Assembly (NCBI GenBank): GCA_000092065.1
Contig: CP000587.1
Reading direction: 5' to 3' (one strand)
DNA from: Ostreococcus lucimarinus
Lineage: Eukaryota
Length of the DNA: 64,000 bases
Part shown: positions 19,601 through 25,579 of the stretch, in pieces
Numbering within the stretch: position 1 is the first letter of the stretch
How the letters are laid out: each line of letters begins with the position of its first letter
Notes under the pieces: generated by a model
Seen by the model: only the letters and a program-made list of their open reading frames with translations
Database searches by the model: none
Told to the model about the DNA's origin: nothing
Program-made: the position numbers and the translations under genes

Positions 19601-21765
19601 AAGTTCTCGAAGTGCGCATAAATCGGTGTCGGCTCGTTCGGATTGAGCTTGATTCCGTGGAATGCCTCCGCCTCGGCGCGCATGAACAAGTGCATCGTCC
19701 TGTTGTGATAACTTTTCATAAATTTCGAGCAGTCTGGATACATGTCGATATTGTAGGCTGGCTGATTATCTTGTCCGTGGAATATAGTACAGCTCCCCCC
19801 GTCCTTCCAAAGCAGCTTCAGCATGTAATAAGCAGCTCTTGGTCGCAGTAGGTCCACTTTGTTTATGCTACACTTCTTCTTCACCGCCATCACTCCGAAC
19901 CACTCCTCGGACACATACAAGTCAGGCTGCGTCGGGGACATGTATCCACACGGAGAATGTAAATATTCTTTCAGCGATGGGCATACTCGCGTGATCGTTG
20001 GAATGCGCTCGTCGTTGGTTGGCACAGGAGTCACTGCTTTGCCTTTCCAGTATTCGTCGACCCAAGCCATGATGGCCCCCCCGGACGTAAATCTAACTCC
20101 GCAACCCGATTTGCACGCCGTGGAGTGTCGCTCTATATCTTCTACCATCGTAGAGAGCCAATCTGCCTGTGAAACCTCATCCTCGGTCCCCATCGTGTCG
20201 TACCCGTTGAGACCATCCAGTTCTGGATTGAGGCTAAAGGCATCAACCCCATACTCCGTAATCAAAAACGGACGTTTGCTCACCAGATGGTATCGCTGAA
20301 ACAGTCCCATTGGAGAAAAGTAACGCCGCGTGTACAAGTTAACGCCCCAAAAGTCGATTTGATCCATGTACCGATCGGCTAACTTTATCCAACTCAAAGC
20401 TCCCCACAGCTGGCGTCCCACCAGATGCTGCTTAGTCTTTGGCAAATTTACGTTCGCTATGGCTGTGCCGCAGAGCATGTTTTCTGATCGGACCATCCCG
20501 CAGAGCATGTTGATCGACTTCATCAGCTTTTCGATCGAATCGTCAAACTGACATCCGCCTACCCCAAAGTTTTCGGCCAAATCGCTATCACACACGTACA
20601 AATTCCACGGGCCGTTCAACTCGTTGCCGACAATCCAACCGACCACGGCCGGATGCTTCGCCGATCGTACAAGTTTGCGTAGTTCAGCTTGCGTATTCTC
20701 CATCGTCTCTGCGGTGTTAAAGAAGCTTTTCGTACCGTCTTCAAAGTCATAGCCGACGAGAATTGATATGTTGTACTGGTGCGCCAAATCAAAGAATTGC
20801 CTATGCCGCTTGGAAAACTTCAACGTGTAGATGCGCATCGTGTTCACGCCCGCAGCGGCCATGAGAGGTATGTCGCGCTCAAATATACCCGCGTAGTCAT
20901 TCGTAAAAAAGTCACCATACGGCTCAAACCAATCTGGGTCCCATCCGACCGGCACGGGGGAGTAACACACCGCGCGCATCAACCATGGTTTGCCGTCGAG
21001 GTACAGGGTACGCCCGAGCCGACGCATTCGACCGGTGTCCCATGTCGTGTTCAACATCGGCGGGTTTAAAAATCTCTTCACCAGCTCTCGTCCCGACCGC
21101 TTGCCGTGCTCGTACTCATCGTCGACAAACGCGGGATCGTAAATCGCCTCGTCCGTCAACGCCAAGCCCGGCTGTACCGTCCCCGCTCTGTTCATTTCGC
21201 TTTGCTTCGAATAAGACGACGAGCGCGATTCACCTTCCGCTACGTCTCTGTTCGCGCGCCCACCGCGTGTGGTCTGCCCTAATGCCGGAAGCGGCCGCGC
21301 CTCGCGCGTCCCCGCCGCCGTCTTCTCCGCCGCCGTCCTCGGTCTCGCCTCGTTAAAGTCCCACACCGATCCCGACAGCCGTTCATTCAGGGCGTCTAAG
21401 TCGACCGTCCCGCTCGTCTCGCTCGCGCTTCGCGCCCCATCGATCGTCCTCGCGCGCTCAAACGTCCGCGCTCCTTCGTCCGCCGCGTCAACACCCTCTC
21501 GGAGGCGGAGCGACTCGCCGCCCGTCGTTCCACCTTCCGTCGCCCCCATCATCGCGTCCGACGCCACCGACCGCGCGCCCGCGTCCCCCCGTCGCGCGAC
21601 GACGGCCAAGACCACTCCCACGACGCCCACGAGCGCCGCGAACGCGCGTCGATGATCGACCCACGCGCCCCGTCCTCGTCCTCGTCGCGATTCTCCCGCC
21701 TCTCTCCCTCGCGTCGCGCCATCGCGCCGCGCGCCGAGCATCGGCGTTCTCTCCGCCGCGCTCAT
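7303..21765 (-). CDS. Giant beta-1,3-glucan synthase megaprotein of 4820 aa. It combines an N-terminal signal anchor, a GH72-like beta-1,3-glucanosyltransferase domain and two tandem complete FKS/callose-synthase (GT48) modules.
   Basis: This is a single uninterrupted ORF with a verified ATG start (CAT at 21763-21765). The N-terminus carries the TM helix AFAALVGVVGVVLAVVA. The GH domain reads IPLMAAAGVNTMRIYTL...AVVGWIVGNELNGPW...IDFWGVNLYTRRY...PFLITEYGVDAF, matching Gas1/Gel (GH72) FPLMKELGINTIRVY...FAGNEV...FFSEYGCN. Module 1 contains ESANLRFMPEFMMFVFH...RVRMHYGHPDIWDG...VQRGGKIEYVNFTTCGKGREVSFDGNNQFNKKIATGNGMQLISRDFHRLS. Module 2 contains ECANLRHMSECLCFIFH...MVRFHYGHPDVWDK...GKGRDMGFTSVNGFEQKISGSAGTISMSRDVYRLHRSMDFFRMMS. 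Both match FKS1/callose synthase signatures. Confidence 0.8.
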   Translation of the reverse strand: MSAAERTPMLGARRDGATRGREAGESRRGRGRGAWVDHRRAFAALVGVVGVVLAVVARRGDAGARSVASDAMMGATEGGTTGGESLRLREGVDAADEGARTFERARTIDGARSASETSGTVDLDALNERLSGSVWDFNEARPRTAAEKTAAGTREARPLPALGQTTRGGRANRDVAEGESRSSSYSKQSEMNRAGTVQPGLALTDEAIYDPAFVDDEYEHGKRSGRELVKRFLNPPMLNTTWDTGRMRRLGRTLYLDGKPWLMRAVCYSPVPVGWDPDWFEPYGDFFTNDYAGIFERDIPLMAAAGVNTMRIYTLKFSKRHRQFFDLAHQYNISILVGYDFEDGTKSFFNTAETMENTQAELRKLVRSAKHPAVVGWIVGNELNGPWNLYVCDSDLAENFGVGGCQFDDSIEKLMKSINMLCGMVRSENMLCGTAIANVNLPKTKQHLVGRQLWGALSWIKLADRYMDQIDFWGVNLYTRRYFSPMGLFQRYHLVSKRPFLITEYGVDAFSLNPELDGLNGYDTMGTEDEVSQADWLSTMVEDIERHSTACKSGCGVRFTSGGAIMAWVDEYWKGKAVTPVPTNDERIPTITRVCPSLKEYLHSPCGYMSPTQPDLYVSEEWFGVMAVKKKCSINKVDLLRPRAAYYMLKLLWKDGGSCTIFHGQDNQPAYNIDMYPDCSKFMKSYHNRTMHLFMRAEAEAFHGIKLNPNEPTPIYAHFENFSAILTHPKGLINPVSTALQSTFLTCHHMRQIHRKNNRACPEPPTIFTELETYIEDQKERFEQPGDTSCPDRESVDALKLEVELLTVVYLAIILYLGVALAIRWRITRRYVRDALVSLSRSNFLIVRLFIADDRATADIQKRAVRALGTPSKASRQLVGELSKESPPVEFEEDSLTRLGPEPSGASSIERDIEQWKTRLAPIAQSLGDLFGFQNGSEGVASIRESCIDKCAMLLWNTSQLQDAPSSNKSDWAAQALHQKTFASYKRYMSYTGIDFSPRGTETLASSMLKGSTDAKLCQLVLFELIYQESANLRFMPEFMMFVFHIMAAAVVNRGTMCSAVPDSGLAFEADDFLTSIVRPLYNFLALHMKSAAPLHLRMGYDDMNETFIDVSKLKRMLNIDAEMGTSSYAKFRHFVRTAGAAKEKDQSLSVVFRKTYREHLGWMTMYVNFHRIFALLSLMMHVMIVHAFVKFAEPAMYSTTALTAAVFDLIIESRVIFFDRIALFHSRVESVGRAAFAIVVLLLGMACATDFINVKTFAAVGFPYAVLVLANISGYQLTSGDKTDRYFTEKVNNPISSKDRRSYIIFWVVTFTLKLTLDYILMVNPLIAPTKAILELDLYCWNYNFAGADCDAYDYNELLSPQLIEMTRLARRYGFKALMLFERWMPSVLLYFGNTFFYFITTLGVASAYKRYKNTGIASGWARTVLDMPQNVDLFAEKVLTSSPKPEPPSDSSTALCSESVSDAWFSFAKAWNEIVKSTRSRDLLSNEETDLLLFRILDGPTSESFFGSRYVVFPIMLSGSLFSGIGVQRNEKMRFAFSSSVIAQSIDLLAFIATCVLGVVDARDRVQFVELLKSLVDLMSLSLSEHSHAIKWLGSLREQSAGLLKLLRVREDDESAFDTSRIRSQMENLLKLISTEIAKDRENERATHKETNVLLVKTCEKLQQIMDFNALDSSSAKIRSAASSKAGSYVIKQMDLMLSTANPAAEPSLDEAKDIFRFFVSSLGDPAMKKPMTVRQMPMLTTLTPVYTEEIRTSLDTLTSTIDGESVTGFRFMVSMAPSSWENMIERTGVKVKDSNYEHFFDRAMLDKITALSTFTDEEKRLSEETMNWASGEGQTLYRTVRGFASYIDALRLLARLEGVPEDEIEPLVRAKFEHVLCCQVYNSPGYTMNGEVEALVEQFPHVTVNYVEQPSGDNDNFAIAKLSRGADGKFKRTHRVQLPGHPIVGEGKPENQNMGLVWSRGMYVQTIDMNQDAHLAEGLKLRNVLRLYGSDEDIVLIGFTEQLISGRQGSVSSFAATSEAVFGTLLQRFMTNPLRVRMHYGHPDIWDGAFIRSSGGVSKASRRLHLSEDVYGGMNVVQRGGKIEYVNFTTCGKGREVSFDGNNQFNKKIATGNGMQLISRDFHRLSKSMDIFRCLSFFQSSVGLFYTEFMLFTSMAAFVLCKTVIAMFSIETYYTTGDAFDNVGFHQEIGLETLYPSQWMLQASLVMAWPGMLHGWITGGLVKMVKDTYHGIVTGSFVYHMFIAKSRGSAIDASIASGEASYRGTKRSMSMNASFSDLYMQYAVSHIIPSMSTLAMTLLLTELSTFSAGYVFVTTTWHVWIAVILWMFSPWFFHPQSFKEGIPAINFTSWLFWLDPFKLGNQGAVNQDGTWWMWQAKRMKSLRAMPRHLKMEYITFRILPVPLILMVCSTAAVRVSDFDGIPAVRGVVVVTAGIAGLLLTGVYFMSTSPSFFWPQRVIAIGERLGLTSSEVGKRSVILMYNMCVRVFLVVFHMKLCGRLFSETLDTEQRQNKIVFALAAFCTVHCVVHISSLISDIPLPMFKHIARTMRIFSDFFFRDVDEVIGLALHICLALLSLVPISYVHAKMLFNRAYASVLGVEMRRRTLVTTINRAMTSRSVKTWFLSSRVFIRKVLGLKSTPVRYARPMPSTIPDMKEDLTSVGDMTANKNERVTEIKRRIEPIASHLADMFGFQKSAKDSTFTNEEVDVPSNLANSVDSLSVWLEQLLTQKEDVSSYSTDYLDRYWNDVVHELHAHLFQNYNNWGAYTGMVDSVASHAKRIARDDDQDSREMLLSVYMSDANKLWTRASREQSVAVELNAKLHHLCLWFLIYGECANLRHMSECLCFIFHAALCSLTLDDRLPGEGEERIMCKPVSADVMPYGEKDFLRTVITPIYTFLKREISDRASAPISERVMYDDVNEFFWQYDRLVRLLPPEEEPDRGEEETDYVGVPRNMKNLSRDARMYEHLRSFMSRAMASGDSSAVLTNVFFKTHRETSGWLSMFVNFHSIILFHAVAFHLSTAYVFAHGWNWSYLSTSMVTHALLKFGQEVAVIRFRNISQESFGDWMVTSTRAGMFISVPMFYVLERSLRADNSTKYFEGLAAVYALANSGLMSSMVRRQPFVGSPTQMATPVRERIIYTLFWLVVLSTKIAFGHFLLITPLREAVNALKKGDLCWNKESDEYTSCINLEGDALVQALKFKPKVTYFTELTKDDDDYEESDINLAYYEPIPERRRSLLFSHAGGGDFTGASWGDESQFSIAYDVNYSVDPYNGQYRGWSSAAASPSSMPHSRLESTVSDIVDAASNVVSSAIGGKKLSLPALGYIGEEIEGQLPEAYYDVHASQFLMTVMVIARMLPAVATYFCDTFLWYTCYASVFTIFLQWRGKVSHAQRWANFLRDFQQIPNLFCEKVLNKSWPKPVILTGDATTSGNASGDSDDDAFGAKEQRIRSGGGYGGGDLHEGLLDSVALTVVEDEVLMESGVKTAAPNPADFLPEAMDVKWQHFSRGWNSIVDSLRARDHITNKECTDLKFVFLQGRDIEQIFDAPEYIILPPMLTSSVFSRANFNTGTMAQYPSFGTTLIQTKDLLCVVMTEVLRVVSPGDSSLLMRVITDLAAIEGEQMSQRRRDDVGGYIQLRDSIIKLLLTLQAMSASTDATPIIEDYEDQDVEGSETESDDEEAQLLLLGDTAGAERARLRKEQRTKRRQLRAIREKEKNRQKQMVEAINLEMKFGCTGIIPKEKRKKMKEKSGLLRGCFVVQENWDEMSAEQRALLDESEERPNIRKRWRRGRRKLIKWSNIQTDADIDAQSSTLAEALHEILLAVRKICSFAMENDGRWSNANNQRKYRVSQLYSQLLEMVRIDALRDTEHVRVVSASATLVNNRKIVDCLLNSMNNINPGGEPRNLEARRQLMFFANSLSFATLKMPTKLRNMRAWTAFTPYYAEEVSYVKDELIKPLEDQKTLLSIIQATYPDEYENFKERVGALACDDATVTEKYWEELRIWTSDHTQSLSRCVRGVCSYGAALRFLARAEGYDEDEIETLVCDKFEYLVSCQVYGNMLNAPQGSADRQKAEDINELILNHPELRVCFVQTKSDTNDTFASCLVGCDRENRTLSLACKVELPGNPIIGEGKPENQNHAVIFSRGAYLQTLDMNQDGYFPEALKMRNLLDVFSEDVVLVGFPEVIFSETTGAVAQFAAISEFIFQTFQRFMTWPLMVRFHYGHPDVWDKAFTMTNGGVSKASKMIHVAEDFFGGVNAIVRGGRVLFEEFIEVGKGRDMGFTSVNGFEQKISGSAGTISMSRDVYRLHRSMDFFRMMSMYFSGPGFFISVMQTAWCVYLYILVHAGLAIADLEIYRVYRYFKMTETQTTLSLSKEEGGYYNSIYAIQLGLLTVLPLFLKMVMDRGLRDGIEYTASSLVRGSWAFNIFAMTTKGYNYMVGLLFGKAQYIATERGFVLQNANMVVLYGLYAKSHLYFGMEVLLLLLLFHANTVLPKSLLYSWSVWSFGICIIITPWWFSPQSTNTYWMRNSWNDWRDWLDGTFDKPKIANGSWKEWHSTMNTNYRNRIGLFNKAGVLFMSSFGRVILLLVVIGSLHGSALYTGLTQMEQFSVNSGRIAAATIAMGFVVFLYTSAMNSVVFARDAWLQFPDKLWKISVYRGLVRLGLFLVWNGLYFFALHVETGSNSLFRTWFMTGLGAWCVVAIFIEACSFVSDKSIITFGESWLPMKTVDGEPEPRGNGVRRALQPFVYRARRGLAAARGFSDFWYKEMDKFFGLIIFTILFFMSLLPVATMQTVLIWNEAFSDILAKRIGVQDTVSSILD
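13665..19965 (-). other. FKS/GT48 glucan synthase module 1. Coordinates are approximate.
   Basis: RVRMHYGHPDIWDGAF is encoded at about 15601-15660 (plus coordinates). Multi-TM regions flank the catalytic core. Confidence 0.55.
20085..21093 (-). other. GH72-like glucanosyltransferase domain of the megaprotein. Coordinates are approximate.
   Basis: GNELNGPW is encoded near 20606-20640 on the plus strand, and the ITEYG nucleophile motif lies downstream of it. Coordinates are derived from amino-acid positions of about 225-560. Confidence 0.55.
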
Positions 21766-22136
21766 CGCGCTTCCGTCCGCGCGCGCGTCCTCGTCGCGCG
21801 CCGCGGTGTGCGGCCGATCGCGTCGCGTCGCGTCGCGTCGCGTCCCGTTCGAGCCTCGGATTCGCGCGCCGCGATTTCGCGCATTCGAGCATCCGATCGG
21901 CCCATTTATCGATCGCGATTTTCCCGCGGGCGGTCCGTCCGCGCGCCAACACCATTCCGCGACCGGCGCGACTCGGCGACGCGCGCGCGATGGCGACGGC
22001 GGCCGCGCGCGCCGATGCGGACGCGCGCGACGCGCGCGACGCGCGCGCGTCGACGCGCGACGGCGAGACGACGACGACGCGCGAGGACCGCGCGAAAAGG
22101 GGCGCGACGCGACGACGACGCGAGGCGCTGCTTGGC

Positions 22137-23930
22137 ATGGTGTTGGCGTGCGTCGTCGCTCGCTTCGCGCGCGTCGGCGCGGACGACGGCGCGGAATCGA
22201 GCGAGAGCGGTGGAGGCGGCGTCGCGGAAGCGGCGCTTGGGATCGAGCGCGACGCGCGGTGGGGCGCGGCGCGCGGGATGGCGAGTTTGAACGCGAAGCG
22301 AGTGCACTTTCGATCGGAGGGCGAGCGGGCGGCGCTCGGGGCGGCGCCGGACGGCGCGAAAGACGCGAGCGATGGTTTCGAGATGACGATGACGGAGTTT
22401 GAGCATTACATGCGATTGCACGGGAAGAGTAAGCAGACGTACTGCAGTCGAAGGGAGGGGGGGGCGGCGCAAGACGTGCGCGCGTGCGAGGCGACGTTGA
22501 GTCGCGCCGAGGCGAGTTTCCGACGTAATCAGAGGATCGTGGCGCAACATAACGCCGATCCGTCGAATACGTTCAAGTTGCGGCTTAACAAATTCGCGGA
22601 TGTGGACTCGGAAGATTTTCAGGCATCGCAGCTCAGGTATAGCGCGCGTCCGATGTCCAAGTTGCGCTCGCACCATCAAAACGCCAAGCGCTTTGCGCGT
22701 CACTTCGCGAGCGGAATGTTGGGGCAATCGGACGTCGATCGAACGGAGTTTCCAAAGCGTTTCAATTGGAAAGACGTTCCCAACGTCATGGGCCGCGTGC
22801 ATAATCAAAAGCAAGACTGCGCCTCTTGCTGGGCGTACGTGACGACCGATATTCTCGAGTCGCTCATGGTGATTAGAAAGGTCACGCCCGTGCACGAGGA
22901 ACTGGCAGTGGACGAACTCATCAACTGCGACACGTATGACAGTGGATGTGCCACGGGGAACATGTTTACCGCTTTCGAGTGGATCGAGACAAAAGGCGGC
23001 ATCGCGACGAATAAGAATTTCAATGGCCTTCTCGACGGCATCAGCAAGAAGCCTGAGTCGTGGTTTTCGAAAGTTCAGGCGCACGCGGGACCCATCGGCT
23101 ATGCGAACGATGACTTAGCGCCCGAGTTTTCAACGAGGCCCGAACCTCACTTTGAATCGGCGCTGAAGGTTGAACCGGGCGTGACGCTGGAGAAGGTGCA
23201 AGAACAAATGTGCATGGCCAGCGAGAAACCCGACTGGCCGCGGGTAGCGCAAGTGCACGGCTACTGCGAGCTTTCTCTGAGTGGAGGCGAGAAAGAGCTC
23301 ATGCATGCGTTGTCTAAATCACCGGTTGCGATCGGGGTCAACGCCAACAAGAAGTTTCAGTTGTACGACAGAGGTATTTTGCGCTTGAAGGATTGTCCTC
23401 CAGCGCCGCATACGTCAGAGACCATGTACACGGCCATCAACCACGCCGCTTTACTCACGGGCTGGGGCGAAGAAAAGATGCCTAACGGTGAAGTTGTCAA
23501 GTACTGGGAGGTGAAGAATAGTTTTGGCTCGGACTGGGGTGAAGGTGGTTACTTTCGCGTCGAACGCGGACCCGTGACGGCGGAAGGGCTTGGAACTTGC
23601 GGTATGTATTTCGAGAGCGTTTACCCGATCGTCGACGAGAAAGAGGCGCGCGCGCAAGAGTGCGTTCCGGGTGCGACGTTTCGCAGGGATTACTATCGCG
23701 CTCTTATGGGCGGGGCGGCGCAGCAAGGACGTTCGTTCATGCAGTTTTTCGATTCGAACGACGACGCCATGGCGGTCCGCCTTGCCCTTCTTGTCGCCGC
23801 GGGATTTGTGATGACTGTGACGCTCGTGACTCGCGTTACGAGGATGGTGAAGCGTACGTGCGCACCACAAGAAGGGCGTGCACCGCTGCTCGATTCGAAT
23901 GGCGCTCGCCGCGGGTCCGACTTGGTATAG
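22137..23930 (+). CDS. Papain-family (C1A) cathepsin-like cysteine protease with an I29-like propeptide and a C-terminal transmembrane anchor.
   Basis: The propeptide region reads FKLRLNKFADVDSEDF. The active-site Cys context is NQKQDCASCWAYVT, the His context is INHAALLTGWG, and the Asn/Trp context is VKNSFGSDWGEGGYFRV. The C-terminus carries the hydrophobic stretch AVRLALLVAAGFVMTVTLV. The ORF is open from an ATG at 21990, but the signal-peptide-like segment starts at the ATG at 22137 (MVLACVVARFARVG...), so I use 22137. Confidence 0.7.
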   Translation: MVLACVVARFARVGADDGAESSESGGGGVAEAALGIERDARWGAARGMASLNAKRVHFRSEGERAALGAAPDGAKDASDGFEMTMTEFEHYMRLHGKSKQTYCSRREGGAAQDVRACEATLSRAEASFRRNQRIVAQHNADPSNTFKLRLNKFADVDSEDFQASQLRYSARPMSKLRSHHQNAKRFARHFASGMLGQSDVDRTEFPKRFNWKDVPNVMGRVHNQKQDCASCWAYVTTDILESLMVIRKVTPVHEELAVDELINCDTYDSGCATGNMFTAFEWIETKGGIATNKNFNGLLDGISKKPESWFSKVQAHAGPIGYANDDLAPEFSTRPEPHFESALKVEPGVTLEKVQEQMCMASEKPDWPRVAQVHGYCELSLSGGEKELMHALSKSPVAIGVNANKKFQLYDRGILRLKDCPPAPHTSETMYTAINHAALLTGWGEEKMPNGEVVKYWEVKNSFGSDWGEGGYFRVERGPVTAEGLGTCGMYFESVYPIVDEKEARAQECVPGATFRRDYYRALMGGAAQQGRSFMQFFDSNDDAMAVRLALLVAAGFVMTVTLVTRVTRMVKRTCAPQEGRAPLLDSNGARRGSDLV

Positions 23931-23961
23931 CGCCGCTCGCGAGGATTGAGGATTAGATAGG

Positions 23962-23966
23962 CTGTA
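23962..23966 (+). promoter_or_regulatory. TGTAA motif 32 nt after the protease stop codon, a putative green-algal polyadenylation signal.
   Basis: ctgTGTAAttca lies downstream of the TAG at 23928-23930. TGTAA is the typical poly(A) signal in chlorophytes. Confidence 0.35.
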
Positions 23967-24069
23967 ATTCATCGACACTTGTCGTCGTCGTCTTGTTTTA
24001 CATGTCGTTTGCGGGATATTGAAAGATTACTTGTAGCAGCTGCGAGAATAATAGTTGCGAGTGTGCGGA

Positions 24070-25446
24070 TCAAGTCGAGTCTTCATCGAAGCTGTCTTGA
24101 TCCAACGTGCAGTCCTCCGTAAAACAGGTGCCGGTTTCTTCTTCGACTGCTTTTGTTGCTAGTTTCCCGACGTACCCGGCGCTAAAGATCGCCAAACCGA
24201 CGCCAAAGAGAGTTGATAAGACGGCACTTCCACCTAGCGCGCCCTCGGCGACCTGTCTCGTGGCCGTGCCCGCGGATACGTACGCAAACGTTCCAGGCAT
24301 CATTCCGAAAAAGGAACCGACGACGTAAGACCTGAACTTCACCGACGTCAAGCCGTAGAGATAGTTGCTCAGAGCGAACGGCATCAGCGGTGAAAGACGC
24401 ATGATGGCGACGACGCGCAAACTGTCCTCTCCGATCGCCTTATCGATCGCCTTGAACTTGGGATATTTTTCCGCCAGGCTCATCACCTTGTCGCGCGCGA
24501 CGTATCTGGAAATCAAAAAAGCGATAGCCGCCGCGATCGTCGCCGCCGTCGTCACGAGCAACGTGCCCGAGTACGTGCCGAACAACGCTCCAGCGGACAT
24601 GGTGAGCGGAAACGCCGGCACCGCCAAGACTTCCAGCGCGACGTATCCCATCAAAAACAACGCGTACCCCGTCGGCCCGAGCGACTCGATGTAATCCGTA
24701 AACGCACCCAGCGAGGCGAACAGCTCATCCTTGTACGTCAACCCCGCCGCCGCGAGCAAGACGACGACCATCGCGGCCAAAACGTACCCAAAGTTATTCC
24801 TCTTGCCCTCCTCGCTCGCCGCCGCCGCGCTCTCCGCGCCCTCGCTCGTCTCCGCGAGCAGACTCGCCAGCTCCACGTCATCCATCTCCGTCTGCACCGC
24901 GTCCGCGGCGAACCACCGTCGTCCATCTCCCGCGCCTTTCATCGCCCGCACCCACGCGACGTCGCGCCTCCTTCCCGCGCGCGTCGCCGCGTCTCCGTTC
25001 GCGCGTCGTCCCCGCGCGCGTCCCGTCTCCCGCCTCCCCAGCGTCCCCGTTCGCATCCGCGCGCGCACGACCGTCGTCGTCGCCATCGCCATCGCTCGCG
25101 TCGTCGCGCGCGTCGTCACCGCGTCCGCGTCTCGTCCGTTCGCGCGCCGTCCGTCGCGCGTCGCTCGCGTCGTCCGTCGTCCGTCGTGGATAAGCGCTCG
25201 CGCGCGCGCGCCTTCGCGTATCCCGTCGCGTCGTCGCCGCGCGCGCGACTCGACGGCGCGCGCGCGCGGTTCGCGTCGATCGGCGCTCGCGTCGAGGCGC
25301 TCACCGTCGGCGTCGCGCGTCGCGCGGTGGCGCCGACGTCGGCGTCGACGCGAATCCGCGGTCGCGACGTCGACGGGATGTCGCGCGTTCGAGGCGCGTT
25401 TAGCGCCATGTAAGTCATATATGCGTTGTTTTATGTACTCGGACAT
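24070..25446 (-). CDS. TVP38/TMEM64/DedA ('SNARE-associated Golgi protein') family membrane protein.
   Basis: The C-terminal 250 aa form a multi-TM domain: ...GYALFLMGYVALEVLAVPAFPLTMSAGALFG...AIMRLSPLMPFALSNYLYGLTSVKFRSYVVGSFFGMMPGTFAYV. This matches the DedA/TVP38 pattern. ATG verified (CAT at 25444-25446). The N-terminus is a long Arg-rich low-complexity region, so the true start is uncertain. Confidence 0.6.
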   Translation of the reverse strand: MSEYIKQRIYDLHGAKRASNARHPVDVATADSRRRRRRRHRATRDADGERLDASADRREPRARAVESRARRRRDGIREGARARALIHDGRRTTRATRDGRRANGRDADAVTTRATTRAMAMATTTVVRARMRTGTLGRRETGRARGRRANGDAATRAGRRRDVAWVRAMKGAGDGRRWFAADAVQTEMDDVELASLLAETSEGAESAAAASEEGKRNNFGYVLAAMVVVLLAAAGLTYKDELFASLGAFTDYIESLGPTGYALFLMGYVALEVLAVPAFPLTMSAGALFGTYSGTLLVTTAATIAAAIAFLISRYVARDKVMSLAEKYPKFKAIDKAIGEDSLRVVAIMRLSPLMPFALSNYLYGLTSVKFRSYVVGSFFGMMPGTFAYVSAGTATRQVAEGALGGSAVLSTLFGVGLAIFSAGYVGKLATKAVEEETGTCFTEDCTLDQDSFDEDST

Positions 25447-25579
25447 TCGGGTCAGGTATTTCAGTGATACTGCTTTTAGTACGTGAAAAGACGCCCACCG
25501 TCGGCGACGCGCGACGCCGACGGCGCGCGAGAGCGGCGCGCGCGCGACGCGTCGAGGCGGTCGACGCGACGACGCGTCG

